Source: Hormiphora californensis (taxonomy: Eukaryota; Animalia; Ctenophora). From it: 64,000 nucleotides of DNA. The position numbers and the translations under genes are program-made. The notes under the pieces were generated by a model. It had not been told where the DNA came from and did no database searches. It saw only the letters and a list, made by a program, of their open reading frames with translations. The DNA is taken from contig CM035351.1 of the NCBI GenBank assembly GCA_020137815.1, positions 3,410,001 to 3,474,000 on the forward strand, given 5' to 3'. Shown piece by piece: positions 13,706-28,380 of the stretch; positions within the stretch are counted from its first letter, which is position 1; each line of letters opens with the position of its first letter.

Positions 13706-14376
13706 CCTCTTACTCACTCTCTCTCACTCTCCCTCCAGGATATAAACAACATGAACAATAGACTGTTCACTGTTTCTCTGTCACTGTCACAATAACATCA
13801 TCGCATGACTCTACTAGTAGCAGCTCCACTGATCTGGTGTGGCTCTCTGTGAGGGTTCGGTACATACTCCACTCTTCTGATCTCATATCATGATCAGTAT
13901 TATGTCTGGGAGCTCTGCAAGTTTTACTTTAGTTTCCAAAGACTTTGTAGTTCCTAAACTAGTTCCTGACGAAGTAATTTAATTTATATTACATAATCGG
14001 ATTTTGGTATGTCAGATGGATGCATTTTATAATTGAGTTGTACTGCGATATATGGGCTCTGCATTAATTGACAAACATCCAATATCTCACTTTCACTTAA
14101 CAAAAGAGCAGTTATTGTTTCAGGCTTTCTAAAGAGTTGCAATATATGACATAGCAATAAGTGCAATTCTCACTTATTATCACCTTAACACAATTTATAT
14201 GTACTCGAGGTCCCCTCTGTAAATTGTGTGCGAAACCCAGAATGAGGGGGAAGAGTGAGAAACCAAAATGAGAAAAGTTAATGAGAAGCTTATTTTGAAT
14301 TGTGTGACTCACAACATGTGTGCTTTTTATAACATTTTTAGGCTAATTCTGAAGCTCTCTCAATAAAAAAAAGGGT

Positions 14377-14567
14377 ATTAAGCCAAAAACTAATTGAAAT
14401 TAGTTGGCGGGAAAGGTGACCCACTTACACCTTTTGCTACTGCCGGGTATCACCACGAACTCTCATTCTATCCCTCGGTATCTCAATCTCTTATTTTTCG
14501 AGGATAACTTATTCCTGTTCGTTCTATCCCTCTCTCTCCTCCCTGTCTCTCTCCTCCCTGTCTCTCT

Positions 14568-14643
<76 letters not shown>

Positions 14644-14773
14644 TCTATCACACTCTCTTTCACTGTCTTATTCCATTATTTTCACCTCTTATAATCCCTG
14701 ATCCCGGCAGCAGGCAAAGGTGTAAGTGGGTCACCTTTCCCGCCAACTAATTTCAATTAGTTTTTGGCTTAAT
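14377..14773. mobile_element. Foldback element: ~72-bp inverted arms around a CT microsatellite
   Basis: ATTAAGCCAAAAACTAATTGAAATTAGTTGGCGGGAAAGGTGACCCACTTACACCTTT... mirrored at 14702-14773. Confidence 0.75.
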
Positions 14774-15406
14774 TTAGGTCCCTTTTTGGTTTCTAATCGC
14801 AGCATGAAATTATTCCATGATGTAATATTGTCGAAATGATGCGTTATGTGAGAAACGAGACGAATTTCTGTGAAAATCGTAATTTAGACGTCATAATGAC
14901 GTCATTTGACGTGATTAGTGACGTCGTAACGACGTAATTGCATCACGATATATTTTTAATCAATACCCCAAAGGAGCTTGTAAAGTTTCATTGACCACAG
15001 CGGTCAGGAAAGGGAGTTTTTGCTCGAAAAACTTTCAATTTACTGATTTTTTCGTCAAATTTTTGACTTCCGACGCGATTTAAGGGCTCAAAATGATAAG
15101 CTACGAAAATTCGCTATATAGTATCTGAAAGTTCAGACGATTTGCCGGTGACGATTTTTCGTCAAATCAGAAATCGGAACACGTCTTCAGGGTGCTAGAG
15201 GCGTTTGAAAAAAGTTAGTCGGTCTCGTGCAATGACGTCACTCGTGACGTCATTGCGCGCGTCATAGGTAAGATGGAGAGTCGCCACCCAGATGGGTACA
15301 TGCACGAGACAATTATCTGTCGAATGCCCTTTGGTTTAAGGTCGTACGATGTCTGGTTCGTCTCAAACTGGGACCAAACGGAAGGTAACAAAGCGTCTAT
15401 ACATCT

Positions 15407-16825
15407 ATATCACTGCGCTGGCAAGCGCAAAGGTTGCCATTCCCCCCCCCCCCCCCCAAAAAGCGCTGCCAGAAACGCAGTTATACGTTTTATGGTTGTT
15501 TGGCTGAAAAACTGGATTTCAGAAGGCTATAGCGTCGCCCCCTTTCATCCGATTGACTTGAAATTTGGAATGTACACCCGGCTTGGGGTCTTTTACTTAA
15601 GTTTAAAATTTCAAGTCTCTATCTCATTTGGGTCCGAAGTTACAGACCGGTCCCATTTGCTATAGATTCAGTGTAACGGACACGCGCGCGCGCGCGTACG
15701 CGCGTAGGAGAGACGCTTTTTCTGAGCACGGTTCTGAACAAACGGAAAGAGATAGAGACTTCTCGTTTTCACTAGCTTGTAGATCTACTGGATTATTGTG
15801 TTATTAGCGGGGTGAAGTTTTCTATCATCGCCAGGATCGTCCTACAGAACGTCTTAAAGTCGTCATTTTTTACACTCTGACCAAACTTCTTTGAGCTCAT
15901 TTTACACCCTAAAGACGGATTCAAATCGAAAAACGAAGACTATATCATGGAAAGAGAATTGTCTGAACTTTCAGAAACTATATGGCGAATTTTCAAAACT
16001 AGACGTATAAGGGTCTTAAAACGCGTCTAAAGTGTTATGACTGTTTAAAAATAGATATGACGATATGGGTTTTTTCGCCATAGCGGACTCAAATATTATC
16101 CAATCGATCTCAAACTTGGTCAGTATCTTCATCTAGGTAATCCCGATGATATGACGTCATCATTATGACGTCATAACGTCGTGACGTCATTTTATGACGT
16201 CAAAATGACGTCAAAAATGAAAATTTTGCAATTTCACGATTTCATCCTCTCCGTACCTGTTCTACTACATGTAAATGGATAAAAAATCCCAAAAATGATG
16301 CAAATTATACCAAAACTAATTTAAATTAGTAGGCCGGAAAGGTTGCCCTATGATTTGAGCTACCTTTGGCACCAGTACATTCCCTTTTGAAGATAGAAGA
16401 AGCATCTGTTATACCCTGTCTGTACCCCGTGAATGTTACGGTGGCAAAGGTAGCTCAAATCATAGGGCAACCTTTCCGGCCTACTAATTTAAATTAGTTT
16501 TGGTATAATATATATATATATGTATCAACCTAGTTATCCCCACACTGAATTTTCTGTTTTGGGGGTGGTGTTATAACTTTTGAACAAAAAGAGCTAGCCA
16601 CTTGAAATTTTTACCATCTATAGAGGTCTACAAGAAGCTTCTAAGTACAAAATTTCAGCTCCCTAGCTCTTCCGGTTCGGGAGTTATGGCATGTCAAAAA
16701 GTGCCAAAATGGGCTAAAAGTATGAAATAACTATATATACGCTGTGAGCAAGCGGGCCGTTTTTGGGGGAATTTTTTTTCGGGGGATGGATGGGGTCACC
16801 TTTGCGCTTGCCAGCGCAGTGATAT
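15407..16825. mobile_element. Composite TIR element carrying TGACGTCA arrays and a nested foldback
   Basis: TIR ATATCACTGCGCTGGCAAGCGCAAAGGT at both ends; internal sequence is inversely similar to 14790-15260 (e.g. ~15105-15142 vs ~15955-15995). Confidence 0.65.
16304..16509. mobile_element. Foldback element related to 14377-14773
   Basis: ~68-bp near-perfect inverted arms ATTATACCAAAACTAATTTAAATTAGTAGGCCGGAAAGGTTGCCC... Confidence 0.75.
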
Positions 16826-19800
16826 TTCGAATAATCTCAACTGCCAAATCCAGTAGGATGCACGCATGTGTGTACTACATATACTCATGCCGGATATTAC
16901 TTGATCATTAATATTTTGTGTATAATATAACACATCTCTATTGTTTGTGCAAGGGGTGTACTGCCTAGGAGTAGGCAAGTCATCAGTAACTCATGAGTCC
17001 CCAATCAGGCACAATATTCTGCAACTATCTGCAACTATTATAATAGCTAATTTTATGCACCCCCTGGTGATGCGACATATATTATTTGACATACAATTTA
17101 TACACTTGTGCAGGATGCGTGCATATAATAATATTTGTATAAATAATGTACACTTGTGTTAGTCATAGTATAATTACCTTGTTCGTTCTATTATATTGCA
17201 GACACCCCCCCACCCCCACCCCGCTGTTTCATTTGAGATGTCAGCCCCCTTTCTATTCATTATACTATAGTGTCCTGGATCCTGAACAAGGTTCACACTA
17301 CTGTATATATATGACAATGAAGCTGCCAGTGTCGTTATTGTTATAATTTATATATTGCTTTGTAAGACTACCAGTTCCGTCAAACACACTACCTTTTGTT
17401 CACTAAGATCTAGAGAGGGCGGCGGCGTGATAGAAGCTGGTAGAAGCCATGATAGAAGCCCTATATTGCCGCTATGATAGATCTATTGGGAGGGGATGGA
17501 ATGTGATGTGTACATGTTTTATGGGTAAAGAACTATTGTGTTAGAGCTGGCTGACCTTTTGTCATTGATGTGGACATGTTGATAACCACCCGAGATGGGG
17601 GGGGGGGCATAACATCGCCGTTTACTTGATCTGGAACCAAGTTATATAGCTATGTTGTAATGTTTTACAACTGCCATTCTTTACTGCATTGATATGGCAG
17701 TAAAGATGGTAGTAAAGATTGTTAGACATGTAAACACACGTGGAGGACGTGTACTAGTACTGGTACACATGTGTAAACAAGTGGCTCCAGTCCTGAGAAC
17801 ACACTAGCTTACAGTTCCACAGACCAGAGCGGCCTACTAATTCTGCCTTCGAAGAACATACCGCACTGTGTGTATCTGGTTTGATTATCGCCCACTCATG
17901 AGCTTCAAGCCAGATAAAAGTGTGAACATGTCCTCTTAGTTTTACTTTGCTAGCTAATAGTAGTTGAAAACAAGGAATGATTCATAGCATGATATCAACT
18001 ATTAATCTTGGGGGCATTCCGTGTCTGGGTATCATAATTTTAGTTCCTTGATAACTGCGGGTATTATAACATACTACGTCACACTGATCCCCGCTATGAT
18101 CAGAGAGGTGCGACATTGTACATCATAGTGTGACTAAAGATCTACCCTTGATGCTTCTTGTTATCGCTTCATGCAACACTAAAAGGTGCTACATGTTGAT
18201 CTCTTCAAGACCAGCCTTGTCTGTGTTTGTTTCTAGAATCCAGGGAGGACTTGAGTCATTTATAAAGAATGCAAATGCAGCCTTTAATATATATTGAGAG
18301 TTGAGGTGCTTTCTAAGTTGTTAAAGTTGAGATGCCTATAATATCATTGAGGGGTGCGTCAAGATAACAGTCACCTGTTGACACACTGTTTGTCTATGAG
18401 AATGAGATCATATAATAAACACTAAATGATAGTAGGGTGGAAGTAGAATAGTCCACCACCACAACCTTTATTTATTCATTAGCGTGTGATCTATTATACT
18501 TGCCCTTATACTAGCTACCGATTGTGTGACTATACAAGGGTAATCTTTCTAATCTTTTGCTCTTTGAATCCTAGCGGACCAAGCAGCATGGTACATGTTA
18601 TTTACTATTTAGGTATCACTGTTACACAGCTTTTGTAGTTGTAATAAACTTCTGAAGAGAAGGGCCTTGACCTTGACCTCTGTTTAAAAACTTCCGTGCA
18701 TCAGACTTTCCTAGTCACGTATATCTTTGCAAATGTATATCTTCTCTATCTCTATCTCTCTCTATCTCTCTCTATCCCCCTCCCCTCCCTCTGTTAAACG
18801 ACAAACGTGCAAGAGTATCAGTATGTAAAAAATAGCGTTTGCTATAGTTTCTTTAGAAGAACTCGTCGATCCTATTATAGTATCTAGATATCTCTTGTTA
18901 TTTTTTCCCTGCCCGGGTGTTAACCACGGTAGTAGTAATGCTATTATAATATCCCCGCCACCCTAAACTACTGAACATGCTCTCTGGACGGGGGGGGGGG
19001 GGGGGGGTGCACGCCACAACAAGTTATATAGGAAGTGAAGTCTACCGATTTAAGCTGCTCCTCTTCCCTCCTGCAGACGTAAGCAGAGTGGAATTTTTGT
19101 GTGCTTCACCCCCCCCCCCCCCCCCCGTGTTCTAATACCCGGCCATATATATAATTCTAGTGTGTTTCCAGATAGATCTAGTTTGCTTTGCGAAATATAT
19201 ATCCCATACACAGTTTCTCTAGATTGAGATAGACATGTGCATCTATCTTATATCTGGACACATGTATTAATTCTGGGGTGCGGAATGTTCTGAAAAAAAT
19301 TAAAATACCGCACACATGTGTGTATAACAAGCCAGCTAGACCCCCAACATCGCTCTCTCGTCTCAGTATAATACTACTAGATTTACATATAATGTGTATA
19401 TATTTGTACTAAGCACGGATTTGTACACAGCTTTGTGACAGGTTTGGGGGGCCTTTGATCGTGTTTAATTAGACGAATTGCGGCACTTATGTTATAAAGA
19501 GCTGAACCAAGCTTGTAGTTACTCGGCACTTGTGTTTTGATTTACATATTCATATTGAGTCTCACCCTCTATATTTTGTGTTAACGTACCAGTTACCCCT
19601 CTGTGCTCCAACCAGTTACCTTTACTATCTTATCAAAATCTTCTCTGCATCTCTCGGTCTCTCTATCTCTAGATCTCTTTAGGTCTCTTCGTCTCTCTGT
19701 CCCTCTCTGTCTATCTCTATATTTTTCTCTCTCGGTCTCTAGGTCACTCTCTGTCTCTCTCTCTCAATCTCTGTGACTCTCTGTGTATCCCTAACTGATC

Positions 19801-19881
19801 TGTTAGATATAAACAAGACGTATATCTGCGGACTAACTAACAAGGCATGATCTGACAGCGAGAGAGATAGAGACAGATAGG

Positions 19882-19925
<44 letters not shown>

Positions 19926-20609
19926 TGTGTGTTGGGAGATGCTGTTAGCACTCATAACCAGTTTAAAATGTTGCCCTTAATTTTCAGTGTAACTATTGCT
20001 ATTGTATAGTTTCCGAAGAGATGAATTGAAATTGAGTGGAGAAGTAAATTAGAACCTTAACAGCAGAGAGCTGGCCTGTGTCATGAAGGTGGGTTAGGTG
20101 GAAGGGGGTATTGCAGGGTGGGGGGGGGGGGGGGTTAGGTGGTGGTAGCTGGGTGGAGGTGTTACGTGACAAGGGTAAGGGTAAGGTGGGTGTGGGGTTG
20201 TGTGGTAAGGGCTCGGTGTCAAAACTAAATGGAGAAGGTGATACAGATGCACTTGTGTAACAAGTAGTTAGGAATGGTAAAATTTCTAGCTGTTATGTAT
20301 GTGGAGACTAGAGAATAAAAGAGTTACAGCGATCCCGCAACGAGAAGACTCCCAATCATACCTTCTTTTACCATTCAACTACCTTTATTCTCGATTGTAC
20401 AACATCACACACATTCTCTCTCTCTCACTCCCTCTCCCTCGCTATATCCGACCCTCACGATCCACAGTCGAAGGATTTGTTTCTGCTATTCGATAAATCT
20501 AATGGACTTTCGAAAGCTTTTTAGTTTTATAGTTGCTTGATAATTGAAATTGTTCAAAGAAATAGAAAGTGTCATTTCAATCAACTTCATCTCACGGTTC
20601 TCTTCTCAG

Positions 20610-20697
<88 letters not shown>

Positions 20698-20819
20698 GGG
20701 ATTCTTAACCATGAATGATAGTTAATAGTTCCCAAGAGAGGAATTAAAAAGAGAAGGAAGTTAAGCTAGAGGAATTCTTGACTGATGGGTGGTAGAGAGG
20801 AAGGAAGGAAAGAGAGAGA

Positions 20820-20861
<42 letters not shown>

Positions 20862-21509
20862 AGGAGCGAGGAGGAGAGGAGAGCGAACGGGAAAGAAGGA
20901 AAAGAAGAGAAAGAAGAGAAAGAGAGAGCGCGAGAAGAAGTTTTCACGTGACAGATTCGTTTAAATTTAACGCCTCAAGATCCCTGAAAACCCCAAGACA
21001 AAAATTCTTTGATTCGAACTCGATTTTAAGCTCAGTTTTTGGTATTGGGGGAAACAGTTTAAATTTTTTCAGGTTCTCAGAGTAAAAATTTAAAGGGGTA
21101 TTAAATTAATTTTTTGGGGTGCTCCGAGTTAACCCCAAATTGTATTTAAATTCCAACCAACCCAAACCCCTCCCCCCCCTTTTCTCCTTCTCTCCTACCC
21201 TTTTTTCTTTTCCTCTCTTCTGGTTTTTCCCCTCTCGTTCTCTCTCTCCTTTCTGCCAAGCACAGCGTCGTGGGCACTATCACGGGTTTTTGGTTTTAGT
21301 AAAAACCCTGTCACCTGTTATGATGAAAATTTTTCAGCCTACCAAGACACCCACTATATACAGTTCTCTAATACCCTCATTCTGTCGCACTCTCATTCTC
21401 CCTCTCATTCACCATACTACCTCAAATCCTTGGAGGGACAGAATGGAATCACATTAGCCGCCCCGCTCCCCCAGTTAACGCACCTATTATAATACATTCC
21501 CTCCAGCTA

Positions 21510-21548
<39 letters not shown>

Positions 21549-22329
21549 ATCTACCTATCTATCTCTCTCTTTTCCTTACCCTCTCTCTCTATCTATCTAT
21601 CTGTCTCTCTCTCTTCCTTACCCTCTCTCGCAGCTGTGAGCTTCTAGAAGCTATGTGGTCATTTGGTCTTCCGTGTTTGTCTAAGAGTAAGAATGTGTTC
21701 AAGATGTGTATGTTTAGTGCTCGCTCCGAAAAGTTGCACAGATGCTTTTACTACAGATCCATGGTTGTTTTGTTTTTGTCTCATACTACCATTCATCTGA
21801 TCTGTGTTTATCTTTGATCAAGATCAGGCCATATACCGTGCGGTGTGAACTTGCTTTCCTAGATGGTTCATGATACTGTTTGTTTGTTTCTCCGTTCATG
21901 CTCGAGCTGAACGTGAATGATGCGCAGATGATTTGATAATGTCCTGTTGTTGTTGTGTACAAGTAGTATGCACATAACTTAAGGATGGGAATGGAATTAT
22001 GGTGCTCGTTCGATGCATGTTTTTAGCGGTTGCTAGGCAGCCCCTATAATATAGTTCCAACAATATAACAGAGAGATGCAGGGGAGAGGAGAGAGAGGTG
22101 CTATAGAATAGTCTAGAAAGAACTGGAATATAATATGTATATCACGATCCCATGTTTGGGATTCTCAAAGAATCTGCTCATAATTTCAATCTCTGCTCAT
22201 TATGTTTGAGGAGTCATTGAGCATAATTATCTTGCCTTTTGCTGATACGTCTCTCGATGATGTAATTGAGTGTTTACACTTCTAGAACTCGTGATCATGA
22301 GCCCTGCAAATGATGATCACACTAATACA

Positions 22330-22467
22330 CTACACATTGATCACACATTGATCACACACTGATCACACACTGATCACACACTGATCACACACTGATCACA
22401 CACTGACCACACACTGATCACACACTGATCACACACTGATCACACACTGACCACACATTGATCACAC
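22330..22467. repeat. 11-bp tandem repeat (CTGATCACACA)n just upstream of the SOD acceptor/ATG
   Basis: About 12 units, ending ~10 bp before CCTAG|GATG. Confidence 0.9.
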
Positions 22468-22478
22468 CATGTCCTAGG

Positions 22479-23420
22479 ATGATATTACAACTGTTACTGG
22501 GTCTATTATCGGTGATAAAGGGAGTACAGGGAACGAGATATGCCACAGCAGTCCTGCTCAGCCATGCTGATCTATCAGCGTTCAACTCAGAAATTACAGT
22601 CTTTGGAACTGTGAATATGACGCAGAAAAGTGCTAACGATAGTCTTGAGATAAAGATTGAGCTGTTTGAGAATTCAGATATTGCCAACGGGAAACATGGC
22701 TTCCACATACACGAAGAAGGTATGAGTAAATCATTTCGGGGATAGGTATTAGTGAATCTGGACTGAGGATATTTCTTCTATCAAATTCAGACTTCATCTG
22801 CTACTAATTGAGATTGACCAGATACTAAGTCATATTCGGTGACAGTATTAATAACACGGAAACCGTTTCATGTACTGTGTATTATAATTCCTGTATTTTC
22901 AGGGAGTATCTGGGGAGGGTGCACGGAGGCAGGTGGCCACTACAACCCTCATGGCAAGGAGCACGGGGGCAGGGATTCCGCGATTAGACACGTGGGAGAC
23001 TTGGGAAACATTGAGATAACAGGAAATAAATATGACAAGACGATAACTGACTCAACTGCCTCTCTCTATGGGCAATATTCTGTCATTGGTTAGTACATGA
23101 GTTCTATCTTTAGACATATCCGTTGTTTCTGTCGTTTTATTGTTTCTCATTCTGTTTCTGTTTTTGTTTCTGATTCTGTCTCAACTTTCTCCTATTAACC
23201 GGTGTCTCTCTTCTCAGGGAGAGCGTTTGTCCTCCACTCCGGGGAGGATGACCTTGGGTTAGGGGGCGATAAGGGCAGTAAAGCTACTGGGAACGCTGGC
23301 AGTCGTCTGGCGTGCGGGGTCATCGCCATCAACTCAGATGGATATGACGACAACTCAAGTCAGGGATTCTCGATAGTTTGCGTTTTTATAGCTATTTTCA
23401 CCCATCTACTTTTCCATTGA
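22479..23420 (+). CDS. Extracellular Cu/Zn superoxide dismutase (SOD3-like) with C-terminal hydrophobic tail
   Basis: Exons 22479-22719, 22903-23088, 23218-23420; signal peptide; [39 protein letters not shown]; all Cu/Zn ligands and the Cys pair present. Confidence 0.95.
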
Positions 23421-23572
23421 ATACCCGTGTGTGAGTGTGTGTGAGTTTGATCATGATACGTGATACATTTATCAGAGACAGTAGAAGATCCTCCGTGAGG
23501 CTTTGTGTTTTTTTGTATTATACCTGCACCTTGTATATGTGTGTGAGTGTGCATTGTGTGAGCGTCCATGTA

Positions 23573-24496
23573 TTAGCTTGTCCCATAAATATTGTCCCTC
23601 GGCGATTTTTTCAAGAAAATGATTATTTGAAAGAAAATAAACGGTCCTACGGTATTCCTAGCATCCTTGGCTCCAGTCCTCTAGGTCAGGGATGTCTCAA
23701 GGTAGTATAGTTCAGGAATTATGGGCCAATCTTTACACGTATGTCTTACTACGATCTTCAAAATTTCGATCATGATATTTTTCCTTCTCATTAAATCGAA
23801 TCCTGTGCTAAAATAAGGATATGGACTGCGCATTTTACCCGCTGGAGACTTAGGGGACATCCTCTAGGAGCTCCAGGGACCTTTAACTTTTGAATAGAAC
23901 CCTTCGTTTTAGGGCTATCACTCCTTAAACAGAGTTCACTCAAAACGGCAGCTGCAGACGTTTTTGGCAGAAAACAATGATCGTGAGAAGAAGCCAATGA
24001 AGGACAGTCTTCAAATCGGCCTAAGAACACTAGAATAGACCTTTCTCTACCACATAGGACCATCAATCGCATCCAGGTGGCCCATCTGGGGCCGAGAAAC
24101 ATGATTTTGTGAGGTAGCCACTTTTTGCGCTGAAAACCAATGTTAATTTGTCGATTTGGCGTGCACATAAGTTGTCATAGGGATGTCTGAGCACCATTCT
24201 GATGCCTGTAACTCACCACACTACCTTATAAGGGATCAGAGATGATTCTCCTGAGGTTAGATGGTGCTGAGATGGTTTTGGCTAGGAACAAAATGGGCGA
24301 AAGTCAGTTTTAAGATCGTTACAAGACTGGCCTACTAAATTCACCTACAGCTACCCTTCTGTATGGGCACGTAGAATCGCTGACCTATAGGAATGGAGCC
24401 AAGGATGTCAGAAATACCGTAGGACCGTTTATTTCTTTTCAAATCGTTATTTTCTTGGAAAAATCACCGAGGGACAATATTTATGGGACAACCTAA
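23573..24496. mobile_element. mariner-type MITE downstream of SOD
   Basis: TA-flanked TIR TTAG(C/G)TTGTCCCATAAATATTGTCCCTCGG extending ~100 bp. Confidence 0.85.
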
Positions 24497-25311
24497 TACA
24501 TTCAGCTGTAAGTGATTATGCATTCTCTGTTAGTGAGTGTGTAAGTGATATTATGTAGTTCTGTGTGTGTGTGATAAAATACTGAGCCACCCTTTACACA
24601 ACAAACACTGACTGATCGTTTTATTGTTGTAGGTACCCGCTGAACCTGACTGACTGACACTGCAACACGACAAAAACAACAACAACAACATGTCTTTCTC
24701 TATCTCTGAGGGAATCTCACCCCCTCTCTCTCTCCCCTCTCTCTCTCTTCTGGCGTGTTCAACTAACACTGACTGACAACGCTGACGATACTGATTGTGT
24801 ATGTTTGTGTGTGTGTGTGTGTGTGTGTTTTCTCTTATATTATCCCTTCCGATTTAAATGCGTGTTCCCACTTCACAGACTAAATATAATCTCCCAGTCC
24901 CCCTCTCTTAAGTTAGATTGATGTTTTCAGCCCTGTTACAGATTTGATGTTTTGTAATAACTATTTGGCCGGGGGAGAGGCATCCCAGCTCCCTCGGCCT
25001 CTGTTTTACCGCCCCCGAAATATACAACCTCACAAATGTTATTAATAGGCTAAACTTACTTTAATTAGACAGCTAACGACACTGTAATAATATGTACTAG
25101 GAAATATTTGACTTGATTTGCATTAGATGATAAGAGTAAAGGATAGCGTTAGAGCCGTCGTGATGGATATTTGTGTTATTAAATATTGATGACAGATAGT
25201 AGATTTATTGTACCTAATATTTTGGGGGCGGGGCTCTAGCCAGAGCCGATTCTAATTGTAGATAAACCCTACACTAGCTTGAGATACATGATACATTTGT
25301 TTTTTAAAAGG

Positions 25312-25452
25312 CACAGTAGAACCTCGATATACCCTTGCCTATTATTGGTAGAAGTCAGAAGAAATAGGGAACCACGTACATGGAATATACGGGAATCGAG
25401 GGGTAAACGGGAATCGAGAGATAATCGGGACCATTGTCGAGGTTCTACTGTG
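25312..25452. mobile_element. Short pogo/Tigger-like MITE
   Basis: TIR CACAGTAGAACCTCGA; internal CGGGAATCGAG repeats; TA TSD not intact. Confidence 0.6.
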
Positions 25453-25591
25453 TAGTGTGTACTAAATTGTAAAACCATTATGTTTCATCAAAAAGGGTTT
25501 GGGAAATATATATCAGCTACTAAGACGTGTAATATGTATAAAACAACAATAATTTACTAAAGATACCTCGCAGAGAGAGAGAGAGAGAGTT

Positions 25592-28380
25592 CTAGAGTTT
25601 GTTGGCAGGTAGAACCTTGCCGGTACACTCACCGAACCCGACTCGGTATCCCATACCTTGTGCGTATCCAGTAATAATGACATCATCCCCGTCCTGAAAA
25701 AAATGGTGTTAGTTTATTAAATCATCATGAAATGGGTCGGTGTGTAAATTAATTACTGTTCTGGTTCATGGATGAATGTGTGCAGGAATATGAATCAGGG
25801 AGCGCTAAGATTAGCGCGTGCGCGGCTTTTTAGAATGCTAACACTTTACAAAAACACAATTCGCGCGCGACGAACACGTACGAACAATCAAGCTTCAGTG
25901 CCTCTCGCAGCATGAGATTTTCATCACACACTGTGAGATATGTACATTTGCCAACATAAAAGATGTGTGAGTTGTGTGACCCACTAACCTTGAGGAACTT
26001 CCTGATTTCTCCAGACTCCCCCAGTTTCACTTCTCGGGTTCCCTTCCAGCACAGCTCGAGCATGCACCCCAGTTCGTTGTCTTCTTTCCCAGAGATAGTA
26101 CCAGACCCCAGTAGATCGCCTGGTTGCATGTTGCAGCCAGTAACGCTGTGGTGAACAAGTTGCTGGCGAGGGGACCAGTACATGTACTTGAAGTTACTTC
26201 GTGATACGGTCTGAGGGAAGGGAGAGTTAAAGGATTTGGTAATGATTCACATTCTGCAACTCCTATGGACTCGTGACATGTGATACAATACAATGTATAC
26301 ATAGTAGGAGATAATACATGTAATGCAGATGAAACCTGAAATAAAAACAAAGCATTAAAAAAGGGGGAGCCCTCACCTCAGCCTTGCTCATTTCCTCTCC
26401 CTTGATGGCAACAAACAGGTTGATATCGTACTGGTAACTGTCATTCTCCTTCAGATAGGGTAGGGGCTCAGGGTCCACCTTGGGCTCGTGTGGCAGGATG
26501 AAGGGAGCCAGGGCGTCCATGGTAACCACCCAGGGAGAGATGGTGGTTCCTAGATTCTTAGCGTTGAAGGGCCCGAGGGGGACGTACTCCCACTTTTGGA
26601 TGTCACGAGCTGAGAGAGAAATGTGTTGTTTCCCTTGTTATGTTCCTTTACATTTGTAAAAGAGGTTTTCGCCTGTTTCCCGGGAAACAGGGTCACCGGT
26701 CAAGCAAGTCAATGTTTCCCCAATACAAAAAGGGGGTTATCATTGACTCCCTAAAACTGTTCAATAAATCAGACAACAACACTCACCACTCCAATCGTTC
26801 ATGAGCACCAGTCCAAATATCTGATCAGCTGCCTGAGGGATGTGGAAACAAGTTAGAGTCAAGTTATGCCCTTCTGAGCTGAGCTTTATTGGAGTTACAC
26901 AAATCAAAATTTGAAGATAAATCTTCTCAAATTATCTTTCTCGCTACTTACATCCTTCATCTCGATTGGTTCTCCCATTTCGTTTCCAGGTCCCACGAAG
27001 AAACCCATCTCAAGCTCAAAGTCGAACAACTTGCACGGAGCAAACACGGGGGTCGTGGCCGCTGGGGGATAAAATAGGGTCAAGTTTCATGTGTAATGTG
27101 TAAAACCGGGTCAAATTCCAACTTTCATGTGTAAATTAGACAGCAGCCCTGTCAAAGAATACAAATTCTTCTTTTGAGTTGCCTGTTATTAATAGAAGGG
27201 AGTTAATAAACTCACTGGGAGAGGGGAGGATTTGTCCAAGAGGTCTCTTAATTGGTGTTCCACTGAGAACTACAGAGGAAGATCTGCCATGGTATCCAAC
27301 AGGGAGATGCAGCCTGATGGGTGGAGGGGGGTAATAACCGGACTAATCGAATGTGGATCTCCTGTCCTAGATTTAATACTCAAGCCAGATAAGACGATAT
27401 ACAGCACCCAATGCATCAGACAGTAGACACTGATACACAATCAGCTAATTACCAGTTAGGCTGAAGAGCGTTGTCCTTTCCCCTGAACATTGTACCAACG
27501 TTTGTAGCGTGATTTCGGGAGGAATAGAAATCCGTGTAGTCACCTGAAATAAAATGATCAGCTCTGAGACTAAATATAACGACATTAGCTTCCTAAAAAG
27601 ATAGACCCCAGGGGAATTGTAAATGGGATCGACATTTTCTGAGAACAAGTAGAGTCCGACCCAGCACCCCAAAGGTACACCATTGTCTCCACTCTCCACG
27701 CACTTACCAATTCGTGCAGGAAGGTGCATGGTTACATCTGTAGAGGGGATGAGGGCAGATGCCCTGAGCCCTGAATTGTCCCTTAGAGACGCGTCATCCT
27801 TTCCCAGAATCTTCTGGAGCGTCTTTCTGAACTCGGTCCATACAGGCCTTCCTGCTCCCATGAGGGCATTTAGGGTGGTCTGGGAGAGGCAGGGGTTATC
27901 CTAGGAGGCTAGAATGGGAGTTATTGGCAATAATGATTGAGAGAGGGCCGGGTTACATCTTGTGAAGTTGCATCACACACATACTGCAAGTTGATCACGA
28001 TTGTGTTTTCTTACCTGTCCTTCAATACAGGTAGCCCGGATCTCAGGACTAAACAGGTGTTTTACAGCGCTAACATCCAGAACAAAGTCCCCAATAGCAA
28101 CACCGATACGATGTGAGGGCTGGGTGAGATAGGGATATATGGGTTACAAAACACAAATTACCGTTGTTTTAGTCCTTCCCGCTACTTACTAGGGGTTTAC
28201 TTATCACTATTATAGAAGTGGGTGAGATAGAAACCACTGTAAACAGGGCCAACTTGCTATAAAATAGTACCTTCCAATTAAGTTCTACAATACACTTACA
28301 TCATTCTCGGTAGAGAAGATTCCATAGGGGAGGTTCTGGTAGGAGAAGTCACTCTCCTCGTTGACATCAATAAAGGACAT
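25592..28380 (-). CDS. FAH: Fumarylacetoacetase
   Basis: Multi-exon: [125 protein letters not shown]. Confidence 0.97.
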
